A stretch of DNA of 63,914 nucleotides, counting the filler, from Ministeria vibrans ATCC 50519 (taxonomy: Eukaryota > Protista > Filasterea), in assembly GCA_943704425.1 (NCBI GenBank). It is 11 parts of 11 records of this genome, joined end to end, with 100 filler letters (N's around TTAATTAATTAA, not from the genome) between each part and the next. Parts side by side here need not be neighbours in the genome. Positions count along the whole stretch, not along the records: positions 58,125 to 62,135 come from CALSCP010001366.1; positions 62,236 to 63,914 come from CALSCP010000614.1; 9 more parts are not named here. The stretch is one strand, 5' to 3'. The translations under genes and the position numbers were made by a program. The notes beneath the pieces were generated by a model. That model saw only the letters and a list, made by a program, of their open reading frames with translations, did not search any database and was not told the origin of the DNA. Positions 60,816 through 63,914 of this stretch are shown piece after piece (positions within the stretch are counted from its first letter, which is position 1; the number at the start of each line of letters is the position of its first letter).

Positions 60816-62027
60816 TCACTGAGCTCTCGACGTTTGTTTATGTTTTTGGGCGACGAGATGTTCACCCGTCGCACGAAAGCTGTGGTCGGAATCGAGAGGA
60901 GTAATGTCTTCGAGGCAACGCAGGAGGATGGCCTCGTTGAGCAAGTCGGCATCGAAGAGCTGGAAAATGAAGCGCATGATGGTGGCAGCGTTCTTGCTCG
61001 TGGCACTGGCCGAGGGATCACTGGCAACCACAGCCTCAAAAGTGCACTGGCAGCATGTGTAGAAAGCACGCCGGAAGCTCATGGAACCGACGGAAAGAGT
61101 CTGGGCAAGTTGGGTGTAGAGAGAGACGCGCAAGGGCAAACTTAGGACACAGCGTAGCAGCTCTTTGCTTGTGATCGTGTCTGGACATTCGAGCAGCTGA
61201 ATCTCGTGCGCAGCGTTGGCCACGGTCGACGGAGCAATGCCTTCAAGGATGCTGCTGAGGCGCGCGCGCAAGAGCGCCTGTTTCAGTGCCGTGGGTGGTG
61301 GCGGTGAGGGTGCAAGTGCGGGCTTCGCCGGTGGCTCGAAGAGTGCGTCCATGACACGACACGGTGCGGCTGTGTCGCTCTTGTTTGCAATGAAGAACAC
61401 GGTGCGCACGGGCGTTGTTTCACTTGTTGCTGTGTCGTCCGCGGTTGTTTCCAATTGCACACCCACAAAGATGACCTGTGCGCGCAGCGCCACGCGGCCG
61501 TCTCGCAGGCTCTTTTCTTCCGTTGCACTCAACTCACGCGGCAGGGTGCGCTCTTCGATGACGAGGGTGTGAAGGACGTTCCTGACTGCGTCGCAAATGG
61601 TGACGACGTGGTCCAAGTCCACAGTGCCATCGTCCACGGACGGGGCGACGTCGGGACGCTCGAACAACAGAAGGTCGTAGGTCTTGCAGGGGGTACGACT
61701 GACTCCTTCGAGGGACGTGCAGCCGTGCGCCTTGAGCTGCGCTTCCGTGTCGGCGTGCGCCAGCAGCGCCGTGACCAGTGTCGTCCAGTACGCACTGGGC
61801 GAGATGACGGGCACAAAGCCCTTGCCAGAGCGGAGTGTATCTAAAGCATCGGTGATAAGGCCATGGGCAGTCGCGAGCGTGGCGGCCGGAGTGTCCGAGG
61901 CGGCGCAGACAAAGTCGAACGTTCCATTTTGATATCGCAATGATTTGGCACCAGCCGTGGACGCAATCTGTTCTAGCCTGTCTCGCGTAAGGTAGCGGAT
62001 CTCATGTTGCTCAAGAGAGTGTTGGAC
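60816..62027 (-). CDS. Protein with a C-terminal MIF4G-like domain and unknown N-terminal domain; 5' end missing
   Basis: RARLSSILEGIAPSTV..SLYTQLAQTL..FRRAFYTCCQCTFE..IMRFIFQLFDADLLNEAILLRCL. Confidence 0.7.
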   Translation of the reverse strand, partial: VQHSLEQHEIRYLTRDRLEQIASTAGAKSLRYQNGTFDFVCAASDTPAATLATAHGLITDALDTLRSGKGFVPVISPSAYWTTLVTALLAHADTEAQLKAHGCTSLEGVSRTPCKTYDLLLFERPDVAPSVDDGTVDLDHVVTICDAVRNVLHTLVIEERTLPRELSATEEKSLRDGRVALRAQVIFVGVQLETTADDTATSETTPVRTVFFIANKSDTAAPCRVMDALFEPPAKPALAPSPPPPTALKQALLRARLSSILEGIAPSTVANAAHEIQLLECPDTITSKELLRCVLSLPLRVSLYTQLAQTLSVGSMSFRRAFYTCCQCTFEAVVASDPSASATSKNAATIMRFIFQLFDADLLNEAILLRCLEDITPLDSDHSFRATGEHLVAQKHKQTSRAQ

Positions 62028-62235
62028 TAAAAGGAAAGGAACGAAATTGTAAATTGTTTAATCTAGTAAGTTCACTGACCGTTCAGTCAAGAGTGGAGTT
62101 GAGTTGAGCTTTTTTTTTTTTTTTTTTTAGGAGTTNNNNNNNNNNNNNNNNNNNNNNNNNNNNNNNNNNNNNNNNNNNNTTAATTAATTAANNNNNNNNN
62201 NNNNNNNNNNNNNNNNNNNNNNNNNNNNNNNNNNN

Positions 62236-62296
<61 letters not shown>

Positions 62297-62381
62297 GTTA
62301 GAATACATAATAGTATCATGTGCGCGATTGGAAGTGACAATATTGATCTGATTGTGTGATAGATGAGAGGAGTGTGGGTAA

Positions 62382-62462
62382 AAAAATAATCATCCAACTC
62401 CTTTTTTTTGAAATGATCATCCAACTCCCTTTTTGAAATAATCATCCAACTCCTTTTTTTGA
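62382..62462 (+). repeat. Three tandem copies of a ~25-27-nt unit
   Basis: AAAT(A/G)ATCATCCAACTCC(T)nG three times. Confidence 0.85.
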
Positions 62463-62506
62463 TCTGAGTTGTGCGCGTGCAATCAATCAATGAATGCTAG
62501 ATGTTA

Positions 62507-63845
62507 CCTTTTGTGATGACAGCCAGATCATAAGAAATGTTACTGGAATGTCTGAACCGCTCAAGAGCCTTAGTCGCATCCAAATCACGACCGACACTCA
62601 CAAGAAACGAGGGACTTTTAGGGAACCAAATCAGAGTGAACAACTGACAGTTGAGCGCAAAAGAGAGAAAGAAAGAAAAAGAAAAGTTTGAGAGAAAGCA
62701 AAGTGATAAGGAGAGCGAACAACGGAGAGACAACAACGTGCGAGAGTGAGTGAGTGTCACATTAGAGATACTCGATTGATCTGTTGTTACTTGAAAGAGA
62801 GAGAAGAATGCAGGAATAGCAAAAAGCCATGGCCAAAGTGACACAGTCGCAAGGGTTCCCTAAGAATAACAAAACATCGGCAAATTAAAACAAAACTCAC
62901 TTCACACTCGTTCAACTTTGCTTGATCTCATGACATACCGGTACGTCTTGAAGGGCAATGACCTGGCTGATGAAGATTCCGGAGGTGATTCCGACCTGGT
63001 TGAGTACGCCCAATGTGCCGCGTTGGTTGGTCGGTGAGATTTCCGAAATGTACATGGGCACGACGAGCGTTGCAAGCCCTGTTTGGGTGCGATTGGTCAT
63101 TTAGCCGCAAAAGTGTGCGTTAAATCTTGTATATTAGAGTGATACCTGCGCCGACGCCAGTGAAGAAGCGTCCAGCTGCGAGCATACCCCACATGTGGGC
63201 GAAGGTGGACAGACCGGTGCCCAGCAGAATCATCGAGTTGTTCACCAGAAGGGCGTTCCGTCTGCCCAGTCGGTTGGCAAGCACACCGCCCAGGGTGCCT
63301 CCAACAAGACCACCGCCGCTGAATATGGACACGGAGACTACGCAAGCAGAGCGAGAGAGAGAGAGGGAGAGAGAGGAGAGAGAAAAGAGCGGCAAAAGAG
63401 AGTGAGCGACAAAACAGAAACCCACAAGGAGTCGACTGCTGGAGCATGTCCAAGGGCTTACAGTCCCAGCCAAACGACGGAATGGGGTGGTTGTGCTCGT
63501 AGAAGGACGCGTTGACGGGAATCTGGGCGTTGTTCATGACACCCGTGGCCCATCCAAACTGGACGCTGCCGCCGACGACTGCGCTGAATGTGGCCATCAT
63601 GAGCGTCCATGTGAGTCCCCACCGCGGCACAGACACAGCGGCTTCCTTGACATCGCGGTGGTCGGGTCCTTGGATCTGCTAGGAGTGCCCAGAGAGAAAG
63701 AGAGAGAGAGAAAGAGAGTCAGAGGCAAAAACGGCCTTGAGTGCTTTTGCGTCGCAAATCCATTCACCTTTTCGCCTGCGAGAAGTCCTTGGCGGTCGTC
63801 GTACGGCAGGTAGTCCTCTGACGGTTTCGAGGCACCGCTTGGCAT
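62507..63845 (-). CDS. Facilitative hexose transporter (GLUT/SLC2A class I-like), 5' part, multi-exon
   Basis: GGSVQFGWATGVMN, NRLGRRNAL, GRFFTG, VPMYISEISP..RGTLGVLNQ, PKSPSFL. Confidence 0.92.
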
Positions 63846-63914
63846 GGTCAAATCCTGAAAGGGAACGTATTCAGGTCGGGACGTGATGAGAGAGAGAAAG
63901 AGGATAATATTATT

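Noticed and set aside
13531-62135. Functional gene cluster (two cyclins, two nucleotide-sugar transporters, ciliary genes)
   Set aside because: The genes lie on different artificially joined contigs, so proximity has no meaning

Overview
Eukaryotic, intron-rich (GT-AG) nuclear DNA. The window is not contiguous: 11 contigs/scaffolds are joined by ten artificial N44-TTAATTAATTAA-N44 linkers, with one ~1 kb N gap and at least two probable internal misjoins. Gene content (DZIP1, KIFBP, spectrin repeats, Notch-type EGF repeats, tyrosine-motif receptor tail, LARP4) suggests a flagellated unicellular relative of animals; this is an inference. Recognisable housekeeping genes: succinyl-CoA ligase beta, SLC35B4, eIF1, MED31, cyclin A, cyclin B, SETD2, ABCE1, HADHB, a GLUT transporter, a KCTD/BTB protein and a GH5 hydrolase. 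There is also a decayed non-LTR retrotransposon, a BED-finger pseudogene and dispersed intronic minisatellites. Most notable: (1) manual splicing joins a C2 domain, an intact CaMK-type kinase and a calmodulin-binding helix in frame to a duplicated multi-pass membrane module, giving a candidate Ca2+/CaM-regulated integral-membrane kinase; (2) exact CDE-N4-CHR (DREAM-type) elements upstream of both mitotic cyclins on independent contigs; (3) a kinase-less EGF/SEA-like receptor with a phosphotyrosine-motif tail; (4) a double AAA+ ATPase lacking both Walker B glutamates; (5) a large low-complexity protein carrying CPI-, acidic-Trp- and LFa-like actin-regulatory motifs. All gene models were read by eye and no database searches were run.
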